A program made the position numbers and the translations under genes. Under the pieces are notes generated by a model, which had not been told where the DNA came from, made no database searches, and was given only the letters and a program-made list of their open reading frames with translations. This document shows positions 54,493 to 62,168 of a stretch of 64,000 nt of DNA, in pieces; the stretch's first letter is position 1, and each line of letters opens with the position of its first letter. Source of the DNA: an uncultured Planctomycetia bacterium (GTDB taxonomy: Bacteria; Planctomycetota; Planctomycetia; Pirellulales; Thermoguttaceae). The DNA is taken from assembly GCA_963779975.1 (NCBI GenBank), contig CAWAAL010000024.1, positions 57,153 through 121,152 on the forward strand, in the 5' to 3' direction.

Positions 54493-54880
54493 TTGCAACC
54501 GGTGCCTCCGGGGCGGCAGCAACCAGGTTTCAATGCCTGGGCCGACGGCGTGACGGCAATGCCTCCCTTGGACGTACAACGTAATGCCGAGGGCATCGCG
54601 AGCCCTACGGCGTAAACGGCGTCGATCGTCTCGTCCAACGGAATGAAGTTCGTGTAACCGCCGAGTACGAGATCCGCATTGACAAAGGCAGCGGCGGCGG
54701 CGGCCGCGTTGCGCGTATGGCACGGTATCTCGACCATGCCGTGCAGAAGGTCGCAGACGGTCCCCGAGGTGTCTTGGAACGGGCCATGCAGCCGACGTGG
54801 AACGCGCCCGCCGTGTGGGAGCTGGAGGGGCCGCGCATCACGGGTCCGAGGACATGATTGAGGATACTGACGGCTTTCAT
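54489..54880 (-). pseudogene. L-serine dehydratase relic with large internal deletion
   Basis: N-terminus MKAVSILNHVLGPVMRGPSSSHTAGAFHVG is joined, out of frame, to a C-terminus-like GTVCDLLHGMVEIPCHTRNAAAAAAAFVNADLVLGG...TSKGGIAVT. Total length is 392 nt. ATGA overlap with the OCD start. Confidence 0.5.
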
Positions 54881-54931
54881 GGCTTGGGAACCTCGGGTTC
54901 TCATGGTTGTTTCTCGTTTGCGATTGCCTGC

Positions 54932-56221
54932 TCAGACGATTTCTTCCCGAGCGGCATCCCAGCGCACCTGGCGCCGCTGTCGGTACGAAACCAGCGACAT
55001 GAGGAATGTCGCCGTTTCGACGAACGCTTCGTCGGTCGAGCATTTTGGCGTGCCGCGGTTTTGGATGCAATTCACCCAGTCGGCCACGTGGTTCGGCTGC
55101 TTAGGCGTCTTGTTCCACTCGTAGCCCTTGGGCAGGTTCGTTCGCGTGTCGTGCTCTTCGGGGAGTATTTGGAAACGCGTCACGTCGTGCGCGGTGTCGT
55201 CGAAACGAAGGGTGGCGTCTCGACCGCAGATTTCCACGGGCTGCTTCGCCTGGCTGGTGTTCATGCTCCCGGAAAAAGTCACGGTCCGGCCGAGCTTCTC
55301 AAACTCGTAGGTCGCCGACCACGTATCCGGCACCTCGCGATCGTCGCGAAGTTGCGAGGTCAGGCCTGTACAACAGCAGGTGTCTGGAATGCCATGGCCG
55401 AGAAGATACTGCACGAAGTCCATCTCGTGCGACAGCAGATCTCCGGCATAACCGGTGCCGTAGGCCCAGTAACAGCGCCAGTGCCAGAAGTGGCGTTCGT
55501 TCCAAGGGATCTTCCGCGCCGGCCCCAACCACAGGTCCCAATTCACTTCCTTCGCGACCTTTGCCGGGTCCGGCCGGTCCCACTGATCGTAATAGCCGTA
55601 CCAGCGCCAATTGGGATGCCCGGGCTCGGATGCCTTGAAGCGCCCCATGGGCACCAGCGTGACGGGGCCCAGGATGTCCTTGGCGAGCAGTCCCTTCGCC
55701 TGCAAAGCGCAAGCGGCTTGGCGCGCATGGTGGCCGAGTTGGAACACGACCCGGCTCCGTTTCAGCGCGTCGCGCATCAGCTTCGCCTCGGCCAGGGTCC
55801 GCGAGAATCCCTTCTCGCAATAAATGTCCTTCCCCGCTTTTACGGCATCGAGCACCATCTGGCAGTGCCAGTGGTCCGGCGTGCCGATGACTACCGCATC
55901 GACATTCGGGTCGGCCAGCAGTTCACGGTAGTCGATGTAGGCTTTCACCACCGGGTTCAGGCTCCGCTCGATGCCTTTCTGCCGATGCGGCCCATAGACG
56001 TCGCAGACCGCCGTTACCTTGACGTTGGGGACATTGACAACCGCATTGATGAGGTCGCCGCCGCGGGTGCCCAACCCGATGCAACCCACGCCAATGGTCT
56101 TGGCAGGAGATGGAGCGGAGAGAACTGCCGGAGCGAACGTGGAGACGGCTGCCAGGGCTGTCGCCGCGCGGCCGGTAGTGCGGAGAAATCGCCGACGGTT
56201 CCAGGTGGAGTTGTCCTTCAT
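54932..56221 (-). CDS. Gfo/Idh/MocA family oxidoreductase with twin-arginine signal
   Basis: MKDNSTWNRRRFLRTTGRAATALAAV (Tat motif), GVGCIGLGTRG, VVIGTPDHWH, EKGFS. Confidence 0.85.
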   Translation of the reverse strand: MKDNSTWNRRRFLRTTGRAATALAAVSTFAPAVLSAPSPAKTIGVGCIGLGTRGGDLINAVVNVPNVKVTAVCDVYGPHRQKGIERSLNPVVKAYIDYRELLADPNVDAVVIGTPDHWHCQMVLDAVKAGKDIYCEKGFSRTLAEAKLMRDALKRSRVVFQLGHHARQAACALQAKGLLAKDILGPVTLVPMGRFKASEPGHPNWRWYGYYDQWDRPDPAKVAKEVNWDLWLGPARKIPWNERHFWHWRCYWAYGTGYAGDLLSHEMDFVQYLLGHGIPDTCCCTGLTSQLRDDREVPDTWSATYEFEKLGRTVTFSGSMNTSQAKQPVEICGRDATLRFDDTAHDVTRFQILPEEHDTRTNLPKGYEWNKTPKQPNHVADWVNCIQNRGTPKCSTDEAFVETATFLMSLVSYRQRRQVRWDAAREEIV

Positions 56222-56294
56222 GGATTTGCGCCTTTCTTTCGTCTAGAGTGTCTTTTTTACCCGGGCAACGTACCAATCCCTCATTGTAGCGAAG

Positions 56295-56507
56295 TTGCGT
56301 GTGCATGGTCGAACGGCCGGAGAGGCGAAGGTGGTAGCCGTGGAGCTGGCCTGCCGGCCGACCGGGCGTGCCATCAGCGCCCATTACGGCAAGATCAGCT
56401 CGGCAGCGGTCAGCACGACGCACTGCAAGGTGCGGCAAGGGAATTGCACGATCACTCCCGTCGTTGATTCCCTGCTCAGTCAATTGACGGCCCAGCGGCA
56501 AAGATAA
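56295..56507 (+). pseudogene. possible relic of a DnaA-C-like HTH domain (as at the C-terminus of some Y1 transposase-like proteins)
   Basis: VVAVELACRPTGRAISAHYGKISSAAVSTTHCKVRQ has the r.va.yl...g.s..eIa..fg.vs.saVs pattern. No catalytic part is present. Confidence 0.25.
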
Positions 56508-56707
56508 TGAAAGTTGAAAGTTAATATTCAAAGTCTGATCGCCATGCTAAGTCTGACCGCCATGCTGAAAAACGGGCAGTTGGGGCTGAATCTGGCGTCG
56601 TAGCGGCGGTTCCAGCGGCTCGGAAGTGGGCCGTTACGTCGCTTCTTGGGATCTGCGGTGCAAAACTTCGGCAGCGACGGAAACCATTACCTAGGAAGGC
56701 CCGACGA

Positions 56708-57157
56708 ATGAACAACGACAACAAGACCGCTGGCAGGCCGAAACTCGCAGGGATGGCGAGAACCAGCAACGCCAGGGCGATCAAGGCCGTCACCGCCAGG
56801 AAAGCTGCGGCCAGAAAAGCCTATCGGGCCAAGATCGAGTCTCTGCTCGGAAAGTCGGAAGACGGGCCGTTGGCCGGCGTTTGGCAACAAGTTTGCCCAT
56901 TCTCCTTTGACGGAGCCTGCGAATTACCGAATCGCCGAGCGATCATTAAGGACCTGGCCGACTTCGCCGAGGTACTTCAGCCGAGTCTGGACGGCATGCA
57001 GGTCCAGCGCTTGTGTCGGCTGATTGAGAAGTATGCCGCCTCCAAGCCTCGTCCATCGGACCTGTCGGTCTCCCGGCCGGCCCGACAGACCGGGACGCCG
57101 AACTACCGCGGCCAGGAAGAAAGTCGCGGCAAAGAGCTCGCCTCGCTACGCGGATGA
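56708..57157 (+). CDS. hypothetical protein
   Basis: ATG ORF with a basic N-terminus. No family recognised. Confidence 0.3.
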   Translation: MNNDNKTAGRPKLAGMARTSNARAIKAVTARKAAARKAYRAKIESLLGKSEDGPLAGVWQQVCPFSFDGACELPNRRAIIKDLADFAEVLQPSLDGMQVQRLCRLIEKYAASKPRPSDLSVSRPARQTGTPNYRGQEESRGKELASLRG

Positions 57158-57423
57158 GATATTGTCCGCCCGCTGACAACCAACTCGGGCTGGCTGACAG
57201 GAATCGGAATCGTCATCTGGCCGGTGGCTACCCGTTCCGTTCCGCGAAGCATGAACCGGGCGAGCGAAGTTCTCTTCAAACCGCTGGTAACTGGGCGATT
57301 CTCGCCGCAATCTGGCATATTCCCAAGTCCTGGTCGTCGCCACCTTGACATTCCGGCGGGTGGTTGAAAAATATCTCGTGACGTTTTCCGGCCGGCGGCA
57401 ACTGATCGATTGTGGGAATCTCG

Positions 57424-58008
57424 ATGGCAGCGTTCAAAGAGACCGAAGAGGCCGTGCTGCTCCGCCAGGCGGCCGGCGGATCGCCGGAGGCGTTTGCGCT
57501 GCTGGTGCGCCTCCACCAGGCCGCGGTTCGCTGGCGCCTGGTCCGTTACGTTCGCGATCCGGCAACCGCCGACGATCTCGCCCAGGAGGTGTTCTTGGCG
57601 GCCTACCAGAATCTCGCGACGTGCCGGTCGGCTGGCAGTCTGCGGGGATGGCTGCTGGGCATTGCCCGCAACGTGGCGATCCAGCACGTTCGCGGCGATG
57701 CCCGCCGCCGGCTCAGGGAAACAGGGCCGCTAGCAACGCAATTGGCCCAATGGCGGATCGAGCAACTGGAGCAAGACCCGGCGGACAGCCTGGACCATGA
57801 GCGAAAATTGGCGAGCCTGCGAGAGTGTGTCGAGCATTTGGCGCCGGAAAGCCGGCGGGTGGTCGAGGAACACTATTTTCAGCGCCAGACGGTGGAATCG
57901 ATCGCCCAACGCCAGGGCCGGGGCGCGGGGACCGTGCGGATGATGCTCCTCCGCATTCGAAAGGTTCTGGGCGAGTGCATTCGCAAGAATTTGCGGCAGG
58001 ACAGGTGA
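57424..58008 (+). CDS. ECF sigma factor
   Basis: ATG 57424. AFALLVRLHQAAVRWRLVRYVRDPATADDLAQEVFLAAY (region 2); VESIAQRQGRGAGTVRMMLLRIRKVL (region 4). Confidence 0.8.
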   Translation: MAAFKETEEAVLLRQAAGGSPEAFALLVRLHQAAVRWRLVRYVRDPATADDLAQEVFLAAYQNLATCRSAGSLRGWLLGIARNVAIQHVRGDARRRLRETGPLATQLAQWRIEQLEQDPADSLDHERKLASLRECVEHLAPESRRVVEEHYFQRQTVESIAQRQGRGAGTVRMMLLRIRKVLGECIRKNLRQDR

Positions 58009-58013
58009 GCGAA

Positions 58014-59099
58014 ATGGACACCCAATTGTTCAGTGAATTGGTCTCGCGCTGGGTCTCCGGCGATCGGCTTGCGCCGGCCGAACAGCAGAGCTTGCTCGAC
58101 TGGCTGGAAAACCACCCCGAAGCCCGCCGTGAGCTGCTGGAGGACGAGACGCTGGACAGCCTGCTGCATTGTTGGCCCCGACTGGAAGGCACGGCCGAGG
58201 ATTTCGTGCAGGACTGCCTGCGTCGCGCGGCCGGCCAACGGGCGGATCACCACGAACCGGTTTCCGCGGTGACGGCTCCGCCGATCGTCGCGCTGCCCGT
58301 GACGGTGGTTCGGCCGCCGAAGACTGCAGACGACGCCCGGCGCGGCCGAAGGCTGTTTGCAGGCAGCGCTGGCCGGTGGGTGGCGGCCGTGGCCGGCTGC
58401 GGCGCGGTCCTCGTGCTCGGCGCAATCGGTTGGCGGTGGCTGACGCACGGGCCACGGGCAGTCGAGATGAACCAGCCCGCGTTGCCTTTGGCCGAAAACC
58501 AGGATTCGCGGCCGGAACCGGACCGGACCTTCGCCACACTGGCGCAAAGCGCCGGCGCCGCGTGGGAAACGCCGCGGTCCGCGGGTGACCGGCTCGCGGC
58601 GGGCGTCTTGAAGCTGACCGCTGGAACGGCGGAGTTGCACTTCGACAAAGGGAGCATCGCTCGCCTGACCGGGCCCGCGGTGCTGGAGCTTCGCAACGGG
58701 GACGAAGTATTTCTGAAACGTGGCAGTCTGGCAGCCAGGGTCCCGCCGCCGGCGGTCGGCTTTCTCGTCGCCACCCCGCTATCGCAGATCGTCGACCTGG
58801 GCACCGAATTCGACGTGGTCGTGGAAGATTCGGGAGTCACGCGGACCGTGGTACGTCAGGGGCGCGTGTCGCTCAGGCCGCAAAGGGGCCAGGAAGAGTT
58901 CGGATCACCCATCGAATTGGCGGCGGGGGCCTTGGACCACGCCACGGTCTCGGTCCCGGACATCGCCGCCGCCGTGCTGCCGGTCACAACCGTTGCCCAC
59001 GGGAGTCAAGGCCGGTTCCTGGGCCGTTTGAGCGCCAACGGCAAGACTGCGGAGTTCCACTCGCGACCGGCTTTCCGCGAGTTCCGCGCCTGGCGCTGA
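58014..59099 (+). CDS. FecR-domain anti-sigma factor
   Basis: ATG 58014, 5 nt after the sigma stop. N-terminal zinc-free anti-sigma helix region, one TM (WVAAVAGCGAVLVLGAIGW), FecR-like GTAELHFDKGSIARLTGPAVLEL...VATPLSQIVDLGTEFDV. Confidence 0.7.
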   Translation: MDTQLFSELVSRWVSGDRLAPAEQQSLLDWLENHPEARRELLEDETLDSLLHCWPRLEGTAEDFVQDCLRRAAGQRADHHEPVSAVTAPPIVALPVTVVRPPKTADDARRGRRLFAGSAGRWVAAVAGCGAVLVLGAIGWRWLTHGPRAVEMNQPALPLAENQDSRPEPDRTFATLAQSAGAAWETPRSAGDRLAAGVLKLTAGTAELHFDKGSIARLTGPAVLELRNGDEVFLKRGSLAARVPPPAVGFLVATPLSQIVDLGTEFDVVVEDSGVTRTVVRQGRVSLRPQRGQEEFGSPIELAAGALDHATVSVPDIAAAVLPVTTVAHGSQGRFLGRLSANGKTAEFHSRPAFREFRAWR

Positions 59100-59162
59100 A
59101 GCAATTGCGCGAGGCCCCTGGCCAGTTCGGTCAGAAGTGGCCCGCTCTCGCTGACGGGGCTC

Positions 59163-59513
59163 ATGGGGCCAACGGGGGCCTCACGGGCCAGAACAATGGC
59201 AACCATGGTGCCGCCGAGCGCCGCTCCGGTTCGGAGGCAGACGCTGCCGCCGGAACCCATGGGAATGGTCGCGCCCGCCGCGGTCGCGGATGGCCAAACC
59301 GTCGATGTCCAGGAGAACGGAAAGGTAATTTCGATCACCGATTCCAAAGAATCGGGCATCACCGTCACGATCACCGAATCGGTGGGCGGGAAGAAGAAAA
59401 TGACCAAGGTGCAGGCCGCCGATTTGCCGGAACTGGCCAGGAAGAACCCCGAGGCACACCACCTCTACGGGAAATACTTCCACCTCCGACCGAAAAGCGG
59501 CAAGCCCAAATAG
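59163..59513 (+). CDS. hypothetical protein
   Basis: ORF only. The C-terminal part is ...VDVQENGKVISITDSKESGITVTITESVGGKKKMTKV... The start is uncertain. Confidence 0.3.
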   Translation: MGPTGASRARTMATMVPPSAAPVRRQTLPPEPMGMVAPAAVADGQTVDVQENGKVISITDSKESGITVTITESVGGKKKMTKVQAADLPELARKNPEAHHLYGKYFHLRPKSGKPK

Positions 59514-59523
59514 CTGCCGAGTG

Positions 59524-59573
59524 GGCTTTAGCCCGGCTTTGTATTACTATTGTAGAGGAGGCGGGCTAAAGCC
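59524..59573 (+). repeat. 12-bp-stem hairpin
   Basis: GGCTTTAGCCCG ... CGGGCTAAAGCC with a 26-nt loop. A T7 run follows at about 59674. Confidence 0.5.
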
Positions 59574-59753
59574 TGCCCTACGGAACCGGAAGATTCGCAA
59601 AAAACCTTGTGACGATTCTCGCTTGGCGGCAACTAGCTATCGAGAGGTCTTTTGGCGGCCGTTCAGCGGGCCTTTTTTTGGCCAGCGGTTCTGCTTGCGT
59701 CCGTGCCGGAAAACTGTTTTTAATTTTTTTAGAAGCAAGATAGGAGAATGAAC

Positions 59754-60241
59754 ATGCGTCGGAATTTGTTTGGTGGCCTTGGCTTGTCGATCTCGGTCTT
59801 CCTAGGTGCGCTCAGCCTGGCTTCGTTGGCCTCGGCCCAGGCAACCACCACCCCCGCGACGCCATCGGCCCATGCACAACTGCTCAAGACACTCAGGCAG
59901 GCCCACCATCTCCTGGTCAATGCCGACCACGACTACGATGGTCATCGGGCCAAGGCCGCCGAAGAGGTCCACAAGGCGATCAAGGAACTGGAAGGTAAGC
60001 ATCACGGCAAGAAGGCCCAGTCGGCCACAACCCCCTCCACCGGCGGCATCGGCCCGCGCAGGCCGGCCAGGGGGGCAAAGGCAAAATGCATGAAGCCCAG
60101 GCAAGCTCGGATGCGCAGTTGCAGCAGGCCCTGCAACTTCTGCAAGGGACCTCGACGCATTTAAGCGGCAAGCACCCCAAGGCGAGCACCAACGTAAGTA
60201 ATGCGATTGCCGAAATCAACACGGCACTTAAGATCAAGTAA
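59754..60241 (+). CDS. secreted two-repeat helical His/Lys-rich protein, 1 frameshift in this sequence
   Basis: RBS AGGAG, then ATG 59754, signal peptide. HAQLLKTLRQAHHLLVNADHDYDGHRAKAAEEVHKAIKELE repeats after a shift in a G6 run (60070-75) as DAQLQQALQLLQGTSTHLSGKHPKASTNVSNAIAEINTALK. Confidence 0.45.
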
Positions 60242-60248
60242 ACGTCGA

Positions 60249-61295
60249 TCATTCGAAAACCGTGTTGTGGGTGGCCGTGCAGCGGATAAAGGTGCAGCAC
60301 TTGCAAAGGTCCTTGAGGCGATCGGCGCCGACGTAGGCACAAGCCGATCGCAGACCCCCGGCGACGTCCTGCAGCACCCCTTTCACCGGGCCCTTGCAGG
60401 CCACCTCCACGCACTTTCCCTCAGCCGCACAGTAGTCCTTCACCCCCTCGTGGTGTTTCTCTTGGGCTTCCCGACTGGACATGCCGTAGAACTTCAGCGA
60501 CTTTTTCTCGCCGTTGTCGGTTGTCCACTCCCCGTCGCATTCCTCGGTTCCCGCCAGCATCCCGCCCAGCATCACGAAGTCGGCGCCCGCTCCGAATGCC
60601 TTGGCAATGTCGCCCGGCATCCGGCAGCCGCCGTCGGCACAGATGTGTCCCTTGTTGCCATGAGCGGCGTCGGCACATTCGATGATCGCGGACAGTTGCG
60701 GGTATCCCACGCCGGTCATCATCCGGGTCGTGCAGACGCTTCCGGGGCCGATCCCCACTTTCACGATATCGGCCCGGCCCTCGATCAAGAGTTCCTGGAC
60801 CATTTCCGGGGTCGCCACGTTTCCGGCCATGATGCTCGCCGTGGGGCACAACTCGCGGACGTGTTTCACCCGATCCACGAAGAACTTGGTGTAGCCGTTG
60901 GCGGCATCGATACAGATCAGGCCGGCCCCCTCCGGCGCCCGCTCCACGAATGCCTTGAGCTTGTCGAAGTCTTCGTCCCGTATTCCCAGCGTGTAGAACG
61001 TGGACGTGCGGGCCGGGTTTGCGGTGAAGAAACGGACCAGGTCCTCCAAGGGGTAGTACTTGTGCAGGCAGGTGAGCATGTTCAAGTCGTGCAAGGCCGC
61101 TGCCATGCGCATCGTTCCGGTGGTGTCGAGATTGGCGGCGATGATGGGGATGCCCGTCCAGCCCGCCCGTGGCGCGGCGGCCCGAAAGCGATGGCTCCGT
61201 TTCAGATCGACGCTCGCCCGGCTGGGAGCGACCGAGCGCTTGGGTCGGATCAACACGTCGTCGAAATCGAGCCTCAGTTCGGATTCAACTCTCAT
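60249..61295 (-). CDS. guaC: GMP reductase
   Basis: [66 protein letters not shown]. Confidence 0.85.
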   Translation of the reverse strand: MRVESELRLDFDDVLIRPKRSVAPSRASVDLKRSHRFRAAAPRAGWTGIPIIAANLDTTGTMRMAAALHDLNMLTCLHKYYPLEDLVRFFTANPARTSTFYTLGIRDEDFDKLKAFVERAPEGAGLICIDAANGYTKFFVDRVKHVRELCPTASIMAGNVATPEMVQELLIEGRADIVKVGIGPGSVCTTRMMTGVGYPQLSAIIECADAAHGNKGHICADGGCRMPGDIAKAFGAGADFVMLGGMLAGTEECDGEWTTDNGEKKSLKFYGMSSREAQEKHHEGVKDYCAAEGKCVEVACKGPVKGVLQDVAGGLRSACAYVGADRLKDLCKCCTFIRCTATHNTVFE

Positions 61296-61316
61296 CGCTT
61301 TCGCCCTCTACGGCAT

Positions 61317-61400
61317 TTCCCCGTCAGGAAGCAATACTTCCCCGTCAGGAAGCAATGTTTCCCTATCAGGAAGCAATGTTTCCCTATCAGGAAGCAATCG
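61317..61400. repeat. 21-bp tandem repeat x4 upstream of guaC
   Basis: TTCCCCGTCAGGAAGCAATAC / TTCCCCGTCAGGAAGCAATGT / TTCCCTATCAGGAAGCAATGT / TTCCCTATCAGGAAGCAATCG. Each unit carries TTCC-N6-GGAA. Confidence 0.85.
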
Positions 61401-61956
61401 ACCTCGGCCACAGGAAGAGGTAAACGCCGATGCCGACTAGCAGCAGGATCAGCGCCCATCGCCAGACCTGCGGCATGCGGTCCAGGCGCAGCGGTTGGCC
61501 AGGACTGGCCTGCCATCCCCAACGCACTCCTATTCCCAGGGCGACGGCGGCGAGCAGCACCAGACCGTTGCACATCTGGTAGCCGAACTTGAGGTTGTAG
61601 AGCCAGGTGGCGGCGCCCGCTGTATGGCCCAGCACGACGGCGACACTCACGATCAGGGCCAAAGTATCAGGCAGCAAGAGCAGCACCATGACGAAGATGG
61701 CGGCCCACGCCGCCATGCCGGCGGCGAACGCCGCGGGGTGAGCCGTTAGCAGGTGGTGCCAGGTGGGCGAGATTTCGTTGGCATAGGCCCGTTGGCCTTG
61801 CCAATACTCGGCGGATTGGCCGATCAAGGTGAGAGTGGTATCCAACGCACAGAACACAAGCGGCGGCAGGCATAAGCCGAGGAACCGCTGACGAAGGCCG
61901 CTAATCACGATCGCATCTCCCATCGCTTCTACGCCGAACCCTTGAACTTCTTCCAA
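61387..61956 (-). CDS. hypothetical multi-pass membrane protein
   Basis: Four or five hydrophobic helices. No family recognised. The 3' end overlaps the 21-bp repeats. Confidence 0.45.
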   Translation of the reverse strand: MEEVQGFGVEAMGDAIVISGLRQRFLGLCLPPLVFCALDTTLTLIGQSAEYWQGQRAYANEISPTWHHLLTAHPAAFAAGMAAWAAIFVMVLLLLPDTLALIVSVAVVLGHTAGAATWLYNLKFGYQMCNGLVLLAAVALGIGVRWGWQASPGQPLRLDRMPQVWRWALILLLVGIGVYLFLWPRSIAS

Positions 61957-62168
61957 CTTCCGCCATTATCCCCCGGAATGGAAACCGGAGCAAGTGGCTG
62001 TCGGAGCAAGTGGCGCAAGGCGGAGCGGCGGGAGAGAGGGGGGCGCGGACCCCCCATGCGACTCGGCAGTATTTCCCTTTGCCGTCGTATGGGGGTGGCC
62101 GGCCTCCCTCTCTCCGCGGACCAAGAATCAAGGAAGGAAGCGTTTGGGACTAGCCGAAATGGATCGGG

